64,000 bases of DNA from Calditrichota bacterium. GTDB taxonomy: Bacteria > Electryoneota > AABM5-125-24 > Hatepunaeales > Hatepunaeaceae. This document shows positions 47,685 through 58,243 of the stretch, piece by piece. Under the pieces are notes generated by a model. It ran no database searches. It saw only the letters and a program-made list of their open reading frames with translations, and was not told the origin of the DNA. Position 1 is the stretch's first letter. Each line of letters begins with the position of its first letter. The translations under genes and the position numbers were made by a program. The stretch is taken from the NCBI GenBank assembly GCA_018644935.1, contig JABGPL010000002.1, forward strand, positions 20,139-84,138. The letters are read 5' to 3'.

Positions 47685-50084
47685 ATGAAGGTTGCATTAT
47701 TATCTCTTTCGCTGATATTCACACTTACAAGTTGCGCATATTACAATTACTTGTACAACGCAAAACAATCTTACGCTGAGGGTGAAGAAAAGCGTCGCGA
47801 GCAGATTGACGAACCTCAATCAGGAAAGAAAAAAAAGGCTCCTAAAGAATTTCAAAACGTCATTGAATCTGCAGGACGCATGTTAGATTTTTATCCAGAC
47901 AGCAAATGGGAAGAAGAAGCACTCTTTCTTCTCGCGAAAGCCTATTATCGAACCGGTAAATTTAGAAATTCTATTGGCAAAGTTGATGAGTTACTTGGGA
48001 AATACCCGGACACGTTTTTTACAAATGAAGCAATATTGTGGAAAGGAATGTCACTGTTTCATGTTGTACAGCCTGACTCTGCCCGTCAATTACTGACCGG
48101 GTTGATCATGCCCGATATTACTCCCGATATTCAAGCTCAAGCCTTCATGGCAATGGCGGATTATTATTTCGAAAATGAGAAATGGTCACCTGCTATCCTT
48201 GATTATCGAAAGGCCCTTGAGTCCGGAACCGATGATGAATGGCTGAAAGGACAAGCCCTGATAAAGGTCGGGGATTGTATGAAGCAGCTTGGATTGAAAG
48301 AGGAAGCTCTCGATTTGTACGAGGATGTTTTGTCAACGAGACAATCCAGTGCGTTTAGATTCAAGGCTGTTTTTCAACTCGCGAAGGTGAAGGCGGATCT
48401 CGGACGTTACGAGGATGCATTCAAGGACTTTAAAAGTCTTTTGAGGAAGGGAGCGTTTCTTGATGAATTTCCAAGGGTTGAGCTTGAAATGGCTCGCTGT
48501 GAGATAAATCTTGGGGAGTACGAGAACGCACATGACAGGCTTGAAAAACTAATTGAAGCGAAATCGAGAGGTCCTGTTGCAGCAGAAGCTCAATATGAAT
48601 TAGGGATGATTCACTGGTTTCAAAAACGTGATTTGAAATCAGCCATTATTGCCTTTAATGAAGTAAAAACTGCAGAGCGGTCATCCCCGCAGGCTGAACC
48701 GGCAGATTCGATGGCAGCCAGGATTGAAAAACTCAGTCGGTACTGGATGAGTCTGAAACACTTCCGTCATCAGCAGACTCGGATTGATAGTGTTAAAATG
48801 AATCTGGCAGAGATCTTCCCCAATGACACCACGTTCGTTGATTCCATTGAAATAATGCTGAATGAAGGAAAGAAAGAACGTAAATCTCGAAAAGATTTTA
48901 AGTCACGCGACGATCCTATGTTACGGATGATCGAAGAAGCCAAAAAGGCAGAGGCAGAAGAAAATGCCCGTCTAATGGATCTTGACACCCTTGAAGTAGC
49001 AGAATCCGATTCGGTTAAATCGCTTGATTCCACGGCAATCGCAGAATTTGAAATCAGCTTGAAAATGCGGGAAAGACAGGTACTTTCCGAACTCGGGAAC
49101 TTTTACTTCTTCATCCCCTCTGAGAGAGATAGCTCGATTTCCTATTTCCAAATGATTTCAAAAATGGAACCCTTCGATGACGTTTGGGGAAGTGCAGTGA
49201 CTTCGCTTGCATATTTCGAGAAACTCCTTGGTGATACTGCAAGTTATGATTCTCTATTGAACGTAATCATCGGAAACCTGAGTGATGGCAGTTCTTTTGA
49301 AAAAGCCAACAGAGCCCTCGGGCTAACCGATGATGAGATTGAAATAGACAGCCTTGAGATTCAGTATCAGGAGGCTGAAGATTTCTGGTTCGCTACAAAT
49401 AATCCGGTTGCTGCAAGAGAGCGATATCTGAACGTGGCAAATAGCACGGATTCTACATCCACTGTTCGAGCTCGTGCTCTGCTTGCAGCGGCATATTTGT
49501 CAGTATTTAAAATCGGTGAGGATACAATCGCCGGAGACTTTTACAAAATTGTAATGGAAGAGTACCCCAAAACCGATTATGCCAGGAGTGCGCGAGAAAT
49601 ACACAATAGATTCGGTGAACCCGGAGACCAACCTTTTGGGGAAGAAGAGGAAGGATTGAATGATAAATCAAAGCCACCCCCTGTTGATCCTTACTTCGAG
49701 GAAGATGAATTTGGAGGGAGCGGTATCTATGACCGATTTGAGATTGATCCGGATCTTGATGACGAGGAAGTTTTCGAGCCGGATCGCGTGGATGAATTGC
49801 CTGATTTGATTACATCTCCTAACACTATTAGGAATCTGACGCGAAGTAATTATCCTTTTGAGGCAATGAGTGATAACATTAGGGCCATTGTTGAGCTCGA
49901 GTTTGTTGTTGGAGCAAGAGGAGAGATTCGAGATATAGAAGTTGTTAGCGAAAATCCAGAAGAAAAGGGATTTGGTAAAGCGGCAATGATTGTATTGATG
50001 GAGCTCGAATACGAACCGGGTTGGTATCGGGGACGACAGGTCGCCATAAAGATAAAACAGGAAATTATTTTTGATTCAATTTAG
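47685..50084 (+). CDS. TPR-repeat lipoprotein with C-terminal TonB-like domain
   Basis: GGAGG RBS, then MKVALLSLSLIFTLTSC lipobox. Multiple TPR-like helices. The C-terminal ~90 aa (AIVELEFVVGARGEIRDIEVV...GWYRGRQVAIKI) resemble TonB_C. Confidence 0.6.
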   Translation: MKVALLSLSLIFTLTSCAYYNYLYNAKQSYAEGEEKRREQIDEPQSGKKKKAPKEFQNVIESAGRMLDFYPDSKWEEEALFLLAKAYYRTGKFRNSIGKVDELLGKYPDTFFTNEAILWKGMSLFHVVQPDSARQLLTGLIMPDITPDIQAQAFMAMADYYFENEKWSPAILDYRKALESGTDDEWLKGQALIKVGDCMKQLGLKEEALDLYEDVLSTRQSSAFRFKAVFQLAKVKADLGRYEDAFKDFKSLLRKGAFLDEFPRVELEMARCEINLGEYENAHDRLEKLIEAKSRGPVAAEAQYELGMIHWFQKRDLKSAIIAFNEVKTAERSSPQAEPADSMAARIEKLSRYWMSLKHFRHQQTRIDSVKMNLAEIFPNDTTFVDSIEIMLNEGKKERKSRKDFKSRDDPMLRMIEEAKKAEAEENARLMDLDTLEVAESDSVKSLDSTAIAEFEISLKMRERQVLSELGNFYFFIPSERDSSISYFQMISKMEPFDDVWGSAVTSLAYFEKLLGDTASYDSLLNVIIGNLSDGSSFEKANRALGLTDDEIEIDSLEIQYQEAEDFWFATNNPVAARERYLNVANSTDSTSTVRARALLAAAYLSVFKIGEDTIAGDFYKIVMEEYPKTDYARSAREIHNRFGEPGDQPFGEEEEGLNDKSKPPPVDPYFEEDEFGGSGIYDRFEIDPDLDDEEVFEPDRVDELPDLITSPNTIRNLTRSNYPFEAMSDNIRAIVELEFVVGARGEIRDIEVVSENPEEKGFGKAAMIVLMELEYEPGWYRGRQVAIKIKQEIIFDSI

Positions 50085-50886
50085 AGATATAATGCAGCCA
50101 GTCTCAGAAGCATGCGAGATCATTTCAAACACGGAAACCTCAACTGATACCTGGGAAATGACTGTTGAAACAAAAAAAATTGCATCCGAATGCAAGCCCG
50201 GACAATTTGTTCATGTGAGGACAGGTTCGGGATTTAATCCATTTCTGCGCAGACCATTGAGCATCGGTCCTTGCAACGGGAACCGATTACGTCTTATTTT
50301 TATTGTTCGAGGAGAGGGAACAAGGCTACTGGCAGAGATGCAGGCCGGTGAATTTGTTGATCTTGTTGGACCTCTTGGTAATCCATATCAACTTCCTGAT
50401 AATGATGAAGTTGCAATTCTTGTCGGAGGGGGAATCGGAGTAGTTCCTTTGTTGATTCTAAGCGATTACCTATCACAGGAAAAGGAGAATCACTTCCTGC
50501 TTGGAGTCCGGTCGCATGATTTGCTTCCGGTTCTACCTGATGAAATTGAGCTGAGAGGCATAGAGGTAGCAAGCGATGATGGATCAATTGGCTTCAAGGG
50601 ACTTGTCACGAATCTGCTGGAAAGCAAACTCAACGACCTCCGGGACAGGTCGGTCAGAATATATGGCTGCGGACCGGAACCTATGACCAGAGCGATTAAA
50701 GAGATTTGTATGAAACGCAAAGTTCCGGCTCAGGTTTCACTCGAGGTTCCGATGGGTTGTGGTGTTGGTGCTTGCCAGAGTTGTGCTGTTCTTCGTGAGG
50801 ATGGAGTGGGATACTTACTGGTGTGTAAAGATGGTCCTGTTTTTGATATAAATGACGTTGACCTGACACCGGGAGGCTCATCTTGA
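50071..50886 (+). CDS. pyrK: Dihydroorotate dehydrogenase electron-transfer subunit
   Basis: FAD/NAD-binding fold and a C-terminal 2Fe-2S cysteine cluster (CGVGACQSCAV). Confidence 0.8.
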   Translation: MIQFRDIMQPVSEACEIISNTETSTDTWEMTVETKKIASECKPGQFVHVRTGSGFNPFLRRPLSIGPCNGNRLRLIFIVRGEGTRLLAEMQAGEFVDLVGPLGNPYQLPDNDEVAILVGGGIGVVPLLILSDYLSQEKENHFLLGVRSHDLLPVLPDEIELRGIEVASDDGSIGFKGLVTNLLESKLNDLRDRSVRIYGCGPEPMTRAIKEICMKRKVPAQVSLEVPMGCGVGACQSCAVLREDGVGYLLVCKDGPVFDINDVDLTPGGSS

Positions 50887-51791
50887 ACATGTCAATAACA
50901 ATGGCTGAAATGTCATTTCGCACCCCTCTTCTGACGGGATCCGGTACATTTGGGTATGGAGATGAGTTTAAGTCGCTTGTCGATTATAACACCCTTGGCG
51001 GGATTGTCACAAAATCGGTTTCCCTCGAACCTCGTGCTGGTAACAAACCCCCGCGAATTTGTGAAACATCCGGTGGAATAATAAACTCTATTGGATTGGC
51101 AAATCCCGGTGTTGATAGTTTCATAGCGAATAAGGTTTCATTGCTGCCAATTGATGAGACACGTGTCTTTTTAAGTGTTGTTGGGAACTCCGTGGAAGAT
51201 TTTCTGGCTGTCGTTGACAAATTTGAAACAATAGCCGATATTTCAGGATATGAGCTCAATGTCTCATGTCCCAACGTAAAGCGGGGTGGGCTTGAAATTG
51301 GTGGTGATCAGGATGCCGTTGCAGCTATTGTAAAAGCTGTACGTGCAATTACAAAACGATTTATTTCAGTGAAACTGACTCCAAACCAAACCTCTATTGC
51401 CCCAATGGCGCAGGCAGCGGTTGATGCGGGAGCGGATGCATTAACCCTTGTGAACACGTTGATCGGAATGGCGATTGATACTGAAAAACAGAGACCCCTG
51501 CTTGGAAATGTCACCGGTGGGTTCAGCGGTCCTCCACTCAAGCCCGTTGCTTTAGCGAAGGTCTGGCAGGCTGCACAGGTTGTAGATGTCCCAATTTGGG
51601 CGTCAGGAGGGATGGTCAACGGGATAGATTGCATTGAGTTTTTGCTCGCTGGCGCATCTGGTTTGCAGCTTGGGTCAGTACTCTTCACAGATCCTTTCTC
51701 TCCACAAAGAGTGCTAAATGAAATGGAAGAATACTGTTCTCATCACGGGGTGGCTGAGATTAGCGAACTTGTTGGTGCGCTAAAAGTTTAG
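50883..51791 (+). CDS. pyrD: Dihydroorotate dehydrogenase (class 1B) catalytic subunit
   Basis: LLTGSGTFGYG, NSIGLANPG, ELNVSCPNV motifs. ATGA-type overlap with pyrK. Confidence 0.85.
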   Translation: MNMSITMAEMSFRTPLLTGSGTFGYGDEFKSLVDYNTLGGIVTKSVSLEPRAGNKPPRICETSGGIINSIGLANPGVDSFIANKVSLLPIDETRVFLSVVGNSVEDFLAVVDKFETIADISGYELNVSCPNVKRGGLEIGGDQDAVAAIVKAVRAITKRFISVKLTPNQTSIAPMAQAAVDAGADALTLVNTLIGMAIDTEKQRPLLGNVTGGFSGPPLKPVALAKVWQAAQVVDVPIWASGGMVNGIDCIEFLLAGASGLQLGSVLFTDPFSPQRVLNEMEEYCSHHGVAEISELVGALKV

Positions 51792-51834
51792 TGAAGGTTT
51801 TCTTCACTTTTCAAAATAATCATTAAGAGAGCAT

Positions 51835-52668
51835 GTGATACAAAGTTCAATAGTCAAACGATTGCTGGTGGCTCTGTGGGGCATACCACTTTTGCTTTGG
51901 GCGACCTACCGAGGTGGGCTGGCCTTTGAGCTCTTGATTGGTGGAATTTCACTTCTCGGATTAGCTGAATACTACAAGCTTCAGGAAGGTCTCGGACTGA
52001 AGCCATTAAAATACACTGGATTTGGCAGCGGATTGGCAGTTATCATTGCATGGGCAATGGGTGGTGGAGGAGTGGTTTGGGTAATGGCGGGTGCATTTCT
52101 ATTCGCAAGTATCATAACTACTCTACAGGTGCGATCACACAAAGACATTGTTGCGACGTTCGCAGGTATCGCATACATACCATTTCTGGTTGGAACATTT
52201 TTATTTATCAGATTAGGTCATTTTGCAGGGTCTGAGTACCTGGTTGATGGCAAGTGGGTGGCACTTTGCATATGGGGCGCGATCTGGATGACTGATTCCG
52301 CTGCGTATGGAGGCGGGAAAGCATTCGGAAAACATCGAATTGCTCCCGATATCAGCCCGAAGAAAACTCTCGAGGGTTTTATCTTTGGATTTTTGGGAGC
52401 GATGCTGTTTGTAGTAGTTCTCTATTATCTGGGAAAGATCAGCCTTGATGTCGCTCTCGCCGTTGGGATAGGTGCTGGAGTATTTGGTCAAATAGGTGAT
52501 TTAATCGAATCCAAACTGAAGCGTGACGCAAATGTTAAAGACGCTGGAGAGAAATTACCAGGTCATGGGGGTATTCTCGACAGATTTGACAGTTTACTCG
52601 TCACTGCCCCGGCAGTTGCCCTGTATCTGGTTGTGAAATACAATTTCCTCAATGGTTCTGGGCATTAG
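51835..52668 (+). CDS. cdsA: Phosphatidate cytidylyltransferase
   Basis: SAAYGGGKAFGKHRIAPDISPKKTLEGF...GHGGILDRFDS. Confidence 0.8.
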   Translation: MIQSSIVKRLLVALWGIPLLLWATYRGGLAFELLIGGISLLGLAEYYKLQEGLGLKPLKYTGFGSGLAVIIAWAMGGGGVVWVMAGAFLFASIITTLQVRSHKDIVATFAGIAYIPFLVGTFLFIRLGHFAGSEYLVDGKWVALCIWGAIWMTDSAAYGGGKAFGKHRIAPDISPKKTLEGFIFGFLGAMLFVVVLYYLGKISLDVALAVGIGAGVFGQIGDLIESKLKRDANVKDAGEKLPGHGGILDRFDSLLVTAPAVALYLVVKYNFLNGSGH

Positions 52669-52820
52669 ATCGTTTGATTTGGCGTTGATTGGTAAGGACG
52701 AGACCTTTGAAATATTCAAAGTCGAATATCTCAAAAAACTCGACGGCACCAGACACCATCAAGTTAGTTAGTTAAAAAAATAATTGATTCAATTTACATT
52801 ACAGGAAGAAGCAAGAAACG

Positions 52821-53642
52821 ATGTATAAAATCTCCATCGAAGAACTCAAAGATAAGGCATACAACATTCGCCGCGATCTCATTGAGTTGATATATCGAGC
52901 CGGTTCTGGACACCTCGATACCTCTCTTAGCTTAGTAGAGGTATGGTTGTCCATAGTTCACAGTGATTTCTATTCGCTGGACGCGAAAAACGGCGAGATG
53001 AAAAACAGGGACAGAATTTTCCTGTCTGAAGGTCATGCCTGTCCTGTCCAATATATGATAAATGCTGATTTGGGATATTATCCCAAGGAGGAATTACTCA
53101 AAGGCTTTCGCAAACCATTTTCACCGTTTGGGGGGCACACAGTTCGCAACCTGAAATATGGGTTTGAAAATTCAAACGGAAGTTTGAGCATCGGTGTCTG
53201 GCAGGCATATGGAAATGCACTCGAGACGTCAAACAATGTATTTTGCATTGCTGGTGATGGTGAGTTTCAGGAACCTACAAGCCAGGGAATATTCTCAGTT
53301 CCGCTTAATCTGAAGCCACTCGGGAATTTCACGTTGATTATCAACAGAAATCGATTAGCTCAAGATAGCGAAGTTGACCTCGGTCCGATTAAAGAAGTAG
53401 CAGCACTTTACAATTGGCAGACCATGATTGTTAAGGGACACGACTTTAATGCCCTTGGATCAGCGTTGCAGCTTGCAGTGGAGGATAAAGATCGCCCAAC
53501 TCTGATGATCTGTGATACGGTCAAGGGTTATGGTGGAGATCCAAACCATGCCGGAAAACTCGGTCATCACGGTAAACCACCTGGGAACGACGAAGAATAT
53601 CAGGCATATCTCGCTGGTCTTGAAGCTGGACGGAGGAATTAA
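52821..53642 (+). CDS. Transketolase, N-terminal subunit (split form)
   Basis: GSGHLDTSLSLVE..., TPP-binding CIAGDGEFQE. Confidence 0.85.
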   Translation: MYKISIEELKDKAYNIRRDLIELIYRAGSGHLDTSLSLVEVWLSIVHSDFYSLDAKNGEMKNRDRIFLSEGHACPVQYMINADLGYYPKEELLKGFRKPFSPFGGHTVRNLKYGFENSNGSLSIGVWQAYGNALETSNNVFCIAGDGEFQEPTSQGIFSVPLNLKPLGNFTLIINRNRLAQDSEVDLGPIKEVAALYNWQTMIVKGHDFNALGSALQLAVEDKDRPTLMICDTVKGYGGDPNHAGKLGHHGKPPGNDEEYQAYLAGLEAGRRN

Positions 53643-53643
53643 T

Positions 53644-54579
53644 ATGGAATATACTGAAAAAATCTCACTTCGAGTCGCCTTCGGAAAAGCTCTCGTCAAG
53701 GCTGGTGAAACAAGAACAGATATGCGAGTTTTTGATGCAGGTACAAAGAACTCTACCATGAGTCTGGCGTTTGAACGTGCCTATCCGGATCGTTTTTACA
53801 CGGCTGGTATCAATGAACCGGGTATGTTAGGACTCGCGACTGGATTGGCGATGGATGGTAAACCCGTTGTTGCTTGTGATATGTCGGTGTTTCTACATCA
53901 TGCTTACGCTCAAATAAGAGCTGCCGTTCGTCAGGGAAAAGGCCTGCACATGATCATTGCGGCAACCCACACTGGTATAGCTGTCGGTCCCGATGGTGGT
54001 TCCGCGCATGATATTACAGATTTGGCACGAATGCGGTTGATTCCTAACATGCACGTATTAACACCGGTTGATGGAAATCAGGTAAATCAGGCAGTTCAAT
54101 ATGCTCTCGACAATCCCGGCTTTTATTACATCCGGCTGAATCGTCCTGCAGTTCCCATCTTCACCGATTCTGATGCTCCATTTGAATTTGCGAAAGCGCA
54201 TCATCTTGCTGATGGTAATAAGATAACAATTGTTGCTGCTGGTGATAAGGCGTTCACTGCTATGGAAGCAGCTGAACAACTCGGCGATGGTGTCGCAGAT
54301 GTTATTGGTATTTCTACGTTAGAACCTCTTGACACTGATGCTATTATCAAATCCGCTGAGAAAACTGGTCGAGTAATCACGATTGAAGATCATATGTATG
54401 TTGGTGGCTTGTTTGAATCTGTTGCAGGAGTGTTGGCGCGAAGCCGACCAACTCCTATGGAGCGGATTGCTCTGGGAAGAATTCTGACCACCTCAGGTGA
54501 GCCGGATGAACTCGCACGGATATATAAAGTCGATCTTCAGGAACTCGTCGAACGCTGCAAGCAGTTTATCGATGGTTAA
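53644..54579 (+). CDS. Transketolase, C-terminal subunit (split form)
   Basis: Starts MEYTEK, 1 bp after the N-subunit stop. Pyrimidine-binding and C-terminal domains follow. The track ORF (53512) over-extends upstream. Confidence 0.85.
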   Translation: MEYTEKISLRVAFGKALVKAGETRTDMRVFDAGTKNSTMSLAFERAYPDRFYTAGINEPGMLGLATGLAMDGKPVVACDMSVFLHHAYAQIRAAVRQGKGLHMIIAATHTGIAVGPDGGSAHDITDLARMRLIPNMHVLTPVDGNQVNQAVQYALDNPGFYYIRLNRPAVPIFTDSDAPFEFAKAHHLADGNKITIVAAGDKAFTAMEAAEQLGDGVADVIGISTLEPLDTDAIIKSAEKTGRVITIEDHMYVGGLFESVAGVLARSRPTPMERIALGRILTTSGEPDELARIYKVDLQELVERCKQFIDG

Positions 54580-54615
54580 TAATTAATAGTAACCGGTACA
54601 CATTAAGGATTATCT

Positions 54616-55611
54616 GTGCGCAAAGTTCTTGAAGTTAAAGATCTGAAAACATATTTCCATTCTGATGATGGAACCGCAAAGGCTGTCGATGGGGTTTCCT
54701 TTGATATTGAGGGCGGGAAAACACTCGGAATAGTCGGTGAGTCAGGCTGCGGAAAAACCGTCAGCTGTCTGTCTCTTCTGCAACTTATACCATGTCCTCC
54801 GGGAGAAATAGCTGGTGGGCAGGCTCTGTTTGAAGGTAAAGACCTGCTCCAGTTAGATGCAAATGAAATCAGGCAGATTCGCGGTAATGACATTGCGATG
54901 ATTTTTCAAGAGCCGATGACGTCACTCAACCCGGTGTTTACCTGCGGAGATCAGGTTACCGAAGCGGTAATTCTTCATCAGAAGGTTGGAGTTGCAGAGG
55001 CTCGTAATAAAGCTGTTGAGATGTTTAAGCTTGTTGGTATACCTGATCCGGAGCGGAGACTCGATGAGTACCCTCATCAACTCTCTGGAGGTCTTCGTCA
55101 GCGTGTAATGATTGCCATTGCTTTATCCTGTAATCCAAAGCTCCTCATCTGTGATGAACCGACAACTGCTCTGGATGTTACCATTCAAGCACAGATTCTG
55201 GATCTGTTGCGCAAACTTCAGCGAGAGTTGAAGATGACAATTATCATGATTACACACGATTTGGGGGTTATTGCCCAGATGGCGGACTGGGTGGTTGTGA
55301 TGTATGCAGGAAAGATTGTAGAGTCTGCGAATGTCAGAACACTTTTTCACGATCCTCAACATCCATATTCGATTGGCTTGCAGCAGGCGATCCCTCGAAT
55401 GGGAACCACCATTGCCAGGCTGAATCAAATTGAGGGGACTGTACCGAATCCACTGAATTTCGCAAGTGGGTGTCGGTTTCATGAGAGATGCCCGATATCT
55501 GATCCGAAATGTGTTAGGGATGAACCACCGTTGTTAACAACAAATGGTGGTCAGAAAGTAGCGTGTTGGAAAACAGGTGTTTTTGACAGGGAGACACTCT
55601 ATTCTAAATAG
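54616..55611 (+). CDS. Oligopeptide/dipeptide-type ABC transporter ATP-binding protein (OppD/DppD-like); no cognate permease or binding protein adjacent
   Basis: Walker A GESGCGKT, signature LSGGLRQR, Walker B LLICDEPTTALD, and the oligopeptide-ABC C-terminal extension with Cys (CRFHERCPISDPKC). Confidence 0.75.
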   Translation: MRKVLEVKDLKTYFHSDDGTAKAVDGVSFDIEGGKTLGIVGESGCGKTVSCLSLLQLIPCPPGEIAGGQALFEGKDLLQLDANEIRQIRGNDIAMIFQEPMTSLNPVFTCGDQVTEAVILHQKVGVAEARNKAVEMFKLVGIPDPERRLDEYPHQLSGGLRQRVMIAIALSCNPKLLICDEPTTALDVTIQAQILDLLRKLQRELKMTIIMITHDLGVIAQMADWVVVMYAGKIVESANVRTLFHDPQHPYSIGLQQAIPRMGTTIARLNQIEGTVPNPLNFASGCRFHERCPISDPKCVRDEPPLLTTNGGQKVACWKTGVFDRETLYSK

Positions 55612-55630
55612 GTTGTTTTGATACAAAAAT

Positions 55631-55730
55631 CAGTAGTATAGGCGTCTCTGCCTGCGGATCTTAAAAAAAACTGTAGCCAGAGACGGCAATGCTACTGATA
55701 AATTTGCAGCCAGAGACGGCTGCGCTACTG
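55631..55730. repeat. REP-like inverted/direct repeat cluster, family C (GTAG-containing, ...GGCGTCTCTGCCTGCGG / CAGAGACGGC...GCTACTG)
   Basis: cagtagtataggcgtctctg (55631-55650) is an imperfect inverse of cagagacggcaatgctactg (55679-55698). A second direct copy is at 55711-55730. Related to the 62739-62850 element. Confidence 0.5.
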
Positions 55731-55762
55731 TTTGCAATTTCGAAGGAAGACAATATTTTTTT

Positions 55763-58243
55763 ATGACAAATCAAAAAACTGACTTGTCCGATATTACTTT
55801 GAATAAACCTTCGATACGTCTGGGTGAGGTACATTTCCCAGAACCTCCACATGGAGGCTATACCTACCGCCTTCCGAATTCCATTTTTTCCGCAAAAGAA
55901 GGTTCACGAGTCAGAGTTCCTTTTGGTCATACATCAAGAGTTGGTTTTCTAGTAAAAGTTTACTTAGGACCCGATGACGATAAATTTAAGAACATCAGTC
56001 ATCTAATTGATGATGTACCGATGTTCTCTCCTGAACTGCTTTCTCTAACTGAATGGACCGCGAATTATTACCTCTGTGATTGGGGAGAGGTGTTACTCGC
56101 CGCAATGCCATCTGGATTAAAACCCAGAAATTTGGCCACCTATAAACTCTCAGACGAAGGTCTGTTGGAAACTCTTGCAGGAGAGGGCAGCTCTCTTACT
56201 GCTCAGCTCTGGCGAAGACTGAAGGAAAAGCCACTTTCCCTGAAGAAAATTCGCACTGAATTTGATAGCGGAGAGGAAAGTCTTCGCAAGCTCCAACATA
56301 GAGGTTGGATTGAAACGGTTGTTTCTGATGCCCCACGTATCGCCCCACGTATGGACATTCTTTATGAATGGACTGAAGAAGTGAGTTACGAAGCAGCCAT
56401 GCAAGATCTTCGTAAGAACGCAACTAAGATGCACTCTGCTCTCAAACTTCTTGAGGAAAATGAGGGTAGATTATCTGGGGCATTCCTGAGCAAGACATCA
56501 AAGGGTATGCACCCGACAATGCGGACATTTTTAGAACGAGGTTGGCTGGAAGCGAAGGAAATTCCTTTTTTATATGAAGATGCACTCGAACAGGGATTAA
56601 CAGAAACCTCAACCGGATCTGCTGAATTGACGGATGATCAGGTGCGGGTAATCAATTCTCTTACAGAAGCTCTTAAGGAAGAAAATCCAAAAACGTTTCT
56701 TCTGCATGGTGTGACTGGCAGCGGTAAAACAATGGTCTATCTTGAAATAGTTGAGGCAGTTCTCGCCCAGGGAAAGACTGCGATAATGATGGCTCCCGAA
56801 ATATCGCTGACTCCTCAACTCACCGGAAGGTTTTATCGACGTTTTGGTGATCTTGTTGCACTGAGTCACAGTCGAATGTCATCAGCCGAACGTCGAGAAA
56901 TCTGGCTTAAAGCAAAATCCGGTCAAGCGCGTGTTATCATCGGTCCCCGCTCTGTAATATTTTCACCCGTCGAGAATCTTGGTGTCATTATCGTTGATGA
57001 AGAACACGAAGAGAGTTACAAGCAGGTCGATCCTGCACCCCGCTATAATGCTCGTGATGTCGGGATTTATCGTGCACGCAAATGTGGTGCAGTATCTTTA
57101 GTTGGATCTGCAACACCCGATGTAGCAAGTTATTTTAATGCAAAAGTCGGTCGCTACCGTTTGATCGAGCTCACAAATCGATACAGTGGGATTGAACTCC
57201 CACCCGTTTGGGTAGTTAAATGGGGTATCGGAAAGGAGGGATCGTTATTTTGCCCAAAATTACTCAAGAAAATCGAAGAACGACTCGAGCTCAACCAACA
57301 GACAATTATCCTGATCAACCGTAGAGCGTTTTCTACAAGCATATATTGTCCTGATTGTGGTGATATAGCGGAATGCCCCAATTGCGACATATCCCTTAAA
57401 TACCATAGCACAGGTCAAAAGCTCGAGTGTCATTACTGCGGTTTTAGTGAAGCAGTATACGATTTGTGTCCGAAATGTAATGGAAAGAGATTAAGATTTA
57501 AGGGACTTGGTTCTCAGCGAGTTGAGAAAGAGTTGAACCGCCTATTTCCACAAGCTCGAATAGCCAGGATGGATCAGGACACCACCCGTCGAAAGGGCTC
57601 ACATCGCGATTTACTCGAACAATTTGCTCAGCGAAAGCAGGACATTTTACTCGGCACCAAAATGGTTGCCAAAGGGCATGATTTCCCCGGCGTAACACTT
57701 GTAGGGATATTAATGGCAGACGCGGAATGGCACATGCCGGATTTCCGTGCACAGGAAAGGGCATTCAGGCTATATGTGCAGGCCTCGGGGCGAGCTGGTC
57801 GAAGCAGTGCCGGTGAGGTCGTTATCCAATCCTGGGAGCCCCAGGAGAGTGTTCTGAGGTGGATTCAACAGCATGATTTTGGTTCACTGTTTAACGCTGA
57901 AATTGGATCACGAAAGAGTCTCCAGTATCCACCGTTTAGTAAATTGTTAACGATTCTCGTTAAAGGGTTGGAGCCTGAACTCGTTGAGGAGGCTGCTCAA
58001 TCGCTTCGTCAGCAGCTCGATGAGAAGTTGCAGGTTAGTATCATTCTTGGTCCGGCACCACCATTGATTGAGAGAGTCGAAAACACATTTAGACGACGGA
58101 TATTACTAAAACTTCCCCAGAGAGTCACAACTCCAGTAAGAGAGGAGAAAAAGAGGATTAGAAAAATAGTGGATAAGTTTCGCAAGAAAATGAGGAAAGA
58201 TAAGGTCAGTTTCGTAATAGATGTAGATCCGGTTGAAGTTTAA
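55763..58243 (+). CDS. priA: Primosomal protein N' (replication restart helicase)
   Basis: Helicase motifs HGVTGSGKT, DEEH, and a Cys-rich zinc-binding insert (CPDCGDIAECPNCDISLKYH...CHYCG). Confidence 0.85.
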   Translation: MTNQKTDLSDITLNKPSIRLGEVHFPEPPHGGYTYRLPNSIFSAKEGSRVRVPFGHTSRVGFLVKVYLGPDDDKFKNISHLIDDVPMFSPELLSLTEWTANYYLCDWGEVLLAAMPSGLKPRNLATYKLSDEGLLETLAGEGSSLTAQLWRRLKEKPLSLKKIRTEFDSGEESLRKLQHRGWIETVVSDAPRIAPRMDILYEWTEEVSYEAAMQDLRKNATKMHSALKLLEENEGRLSGAFLSKTSKGMHPTMRTFLERGWLEAKEIPFLYEDALEQGLTETSTGSAELTDDQVRVINSLTEALKEENPKTFLLHGVTGSGKTMVYLEIVEAVLAQGKTAIMMAPEISLTPQLTGRFYRRFGDLVALSHSRMSSAERREIWLKAKSGQARVIIGPRSVIFSPVENLGVIIVDEEHEESYKQVDPAPRYNARDVGIYRARKCGAVSLVGSATPDVASYFNAKVGRYRLIELTNRYSGIELPPVWVVKWGIGKEGSLFCPKLLKKIEERLELNQQTIILINRRAFSTSIYCPDCGDIAECPNCDISLKYHSTGQKLECHYCGFSEAVYDLCPKCNGKRLRFKGLGSQRVEKELNRLFPQARIARMDQDTTRRKGSHRDLLEQFAQRKQDILLGTKMVAKGHDFPGVTLVGILMADAEWHMPDFRAQERAFRLYVQASGRAGRSSAGEVVIQSWEPQESVLRWIQQHDFGSLFNAEIGSRKSLQYPPFSKLLTILVKGLEPELVEEAAQSLRQQLDEKLQVSIILGPAPPLIERVENTFRRRILLKLPQRVTTPVREEKKRIRKIVDKFRKKMRKDKVSFVIDVDPVEV